Shown here: positions 62,201 to 64,000 of the stretch, in pieces
Layout: every line of letters begins with the position of its first letter
How positions within the stretch are numbered: the stretch's first letter is position 1
From: Thermodesulfovibrionia bacterium
Lineage (GTDB): Bacteria > Nitrospirota > Thermodesulfovibrionia > UBA6902
Assembly (NCBI GenBank): GCA_020053105.1
Contig: JAGVNU010000084.1
Location: 65,133 to 129,132 of the forward strand
DNA: 64,000 bases
Direction of reading: 5' to 3'
The notes under the pieces: model-generated
The model's input: only the letters and a program-made list of their open reading frames with translations
Database searches by the model: none
What the model was told of the DNA's origin: nothing
Translations under genes and position numbers: made by a program

Positions 62201-64000
62201 ATGAGAGATAAAAGCGTAAATACTACGTCACCAGTGGTTGATATACTGAAAAAAGTTTTCGGTTTTCAGTCCTTTCGGCCGAATCAGGAAGAGATTATAC
62301 GGAATATCCTTGACGGCAATGATGTCTTTGCGGTCATGCCTACAGGCGGGGGGAAGTCGCTCTGTTATCAGCTACCTGCCAAACTGATGAAAGGGACGAC
62401 AGTGGTAATTAGTCCCCTGATTTCCCTTATGAAGGACCAGGTGGACGCTGCCCTGGAAAACGGCATCTCTGCGGCTTTAATAAATAGCTCCCTGTCACCG
62501 GAAGAAATGACTTCTGTAGTCCGGAGTTTCAGAAATAATTCACTTGATCTGCTTTATATTGCGCCCGAGCGTTTTGCCATGCCCGGTTTTTGCGAAATAT
62601 TAAGGACTGTCCCAATTTCTCTTTTTGCAATCGATGAAGCGCACTGTATTTCTGAGTGGGGACACGATTTCCGTCCGGATTACCTGAGTCTCTCAGATAT
62701 AACAAAAACCTTTCCGGAAACTCCTGTATCAGCCTTTACGGCAACCGCCACCGGCAAGGTCCAGAATGACATAATCAGCAAGCTAGGCCTGAGATCTCCC
62801 TTTACAATACGGGCATCATTTAACCGCCCTAATCTTTATTACCGGGTTGAGAATAAAAGGGAACTGAAGACCCAGGTGCTGGATATTATCAAAAAATATG
62901 CTGGTGAGCCCGGGATAATCTACCGGACCACCCGTGACTCTGTGACTAATATGGCAGATATGCTGAAAGAAAACGGTATCAGGGCCCTGCCCTATCACGC
63001 AGGTCTGTCGCAGGAACAGAGGAAGGCAAACCAGGAGGCGTTTAACAGGGACGAAGTGAATGTCATTACGGCAACTATAGCCTTTGGCATGGGTATAGAC
63101 AAGTCCAATGTACGCTTTGTCGTCCATGCTGACCTTCCCAAGAATATAGAGGGTTATTACCAGGAGACAGGCCGTGCAGGCCGTGACGGTGAGCCTGCCG
63201 AATGTGTCCTCTTCTTCGGCAGGGAAGATATCCCGAAAATAAAATACTTTATTAACCAGATGCCTGATGGGCCGGAGCGGACTGTTGCAGTGGACAAGCT
63301 CAATCAGATGATAAAATATGCATCGCACAACGTCTGCAGGCGCAGACAGCTTCTTTTCTATTTCGGTGAAGATTATGCAGATAAGGACTGCGGTGCATGC
63401 GATATATGTACTGAAACAGTCGAAAAAGTCGACATTACAACTGACGCCCAGATACTTATGTCAGCCATGTCAAGGACAGGACAGCGCTTCGGTACATTGC
63501 ATATTGTCGATATTGTCATGGGTGCAGATACAAAGCGTGTCCGTGAACTCGAACATGACAAGATCAAGACATTCGGCGCAGGAAAAGGCCGGGACAAAAA
63601 TCACTGGCGCTTCATAGTTGATGAGCTTCTTGCACAGGATGTAATACATCAGGATGGTGACAGATATCTGGTATTAAAGTTGATGGAAAAGGGTAAAACT
63701 ATTCTCTTTGGCAAGGAAAAGGTCAGCGCCCTTAAAAGAGAAGGGCCCAAAAAGAAACTACGCGCCGGGAAGGGGGGCGGATTTGAAAAATATGATGAAG
63801 CGCTGTTTGAAAAACTTCGTGCGCTGAGAAAAGAACTTGCCGATAAACAGGGGGTGCCTCCTTATATAGTTTTCTCAGACAAGACACTTCATGAAATGTG
63901 CAGACTCTATCCCGCGTCCTTATCGGATATCGCAGGGATTACCGGCGTGGGCGCTGCCAAGCTTGAACGTTACGGAGATGACTTTATTAAAGCGATAAAA
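62201..64000 (+). CDS. recQ: ATP-dependent DNA helicase RecQ, 3'-partial (runs off the window); absent from the ORF track
   Basis: My own translation from the ATG at 62201 (SD ggagga) shows FGFQSFRPNQEEII, MPTGGGKSLCYQLPA and IDEAHCISEWGHDFRPDY. It also shows the zinc-binding CRRRQLLFYFGE...CGACDIC and an HRDC domain. The frame is open for 600 codons to the window end. Confidence 0.9.
   Translation, partial: MRDKSVNTTSPVVDILKKVFGFQSFRPNQEEIIRNILDGNDVFAVMPTGGGKSLCYQLPAKLMKGTTVVISPLISLMKDQVDAALENGISAALINSSLSPEEMTSVVRSFRNNSLDLLYIAPERFAMPGFCEILRTVPISLFAIDEAHCISEWGHDFRPDYLSLSDITKTFPETPVSAFTATATGKVQNDIISKLGLRSPFTIRASFNRPNLYYRVENKRELKTQVLDIIKKYAGEPGIIYRTTRDSVTNMADMLKENGIRALPYHAGLSQEQRKANQEAFNRDEVNVITATIAFGMGIDKSNVRFVVHADLPKNIEGYYQETGRAGRDGEPAECVLFFGREDIPKIKYFINQMPDGPERTVAVDKLNQMIKYASHNVCRRRQLLFYFGEDYADKDCGACDICTETVEKVDITTDAQILMSAMSRTGQRFGTLHIVDIVMGADTKRVRELEHDKIKTFGAGKGRDKNHWRFIVDELLAQDVIHQDGDRYLVLKLMEKGKTILFGKEKVSALKREGPKKKLRAGKGGGFEKYDEALFEKLRALRKELADKQGVPPYIVFSDKTLHEMCRLYPASLSDIAGITGVGAAKLERYGDDFIKAIK

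Overview
This is a 64-kb bacterial chromosomal window of mid-range G+C, judged by eye. All calls come from motif recognition on the supplied translations and sequence; no database search was possible. Most of it is housekeeping. That includes manC, tyrS, tadA, the ribE-ribBA-ribH-nusB operon, lepA-lepB, purB, purF, purL, bioA, degP, ispD-ispF, secA, cspA, tRNA-Gly(CCC) and a 3'-truncated recQ that the ORF track misses because it runs off the window.

Three accessory regions stand out:
- **32.7-41.5 kb, the main candidate.** A three-gene plus-strand cassette sits exactly between the minus-strand purF and purL. It encodes a single-HKD PLD nuclease fused to an SNF2 translocase, a DUF4062 / HATPase_c_4-like / wHTH protein, and a 1215-aa Eco57I/PglX-type N6-adenine methyltransferase with a TaqI_C-like specificity domain. 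This domain set overlaps DISARM class 1 and helicase-methylase-ATPase type systems, but the DISARM core DrmA/DrmB and all BREX hallmarks are absent. I therefore flag it as a candidate undescribed or atypical modification-dependent defence system.
- **15.2-18.1 kb.** A Rho-family ATPase that lacks the whole N-terminal RNA-binding domain is followed by a translationally coupled pair: an unusually long SAICAR-synthase-like protein and an NYN-domain RNase.
- **11.4-14.8 kb.** An AT-rich, decayed m5C restriction-modification/Vsr islet. It holds an RHH regulator with an operator, a C5-methyltransferase truncated after motif VI, a DUF3883-like PD-(D/E)xK nuclease, a probably frameshifted restriction remnant, vsr, and a NUDIX gene remnant.

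The window also carries a family of GGGGCG-stem REP-like hairpins at gene ends. One copy lies in frame inside purL, with compensatory stem changes relative to an intergenic copy. Two further palindromic miniature elements are inserted in frame in the methyltransferase gene.

I saw no CRISPR array, rRNA, transposase or integrase.
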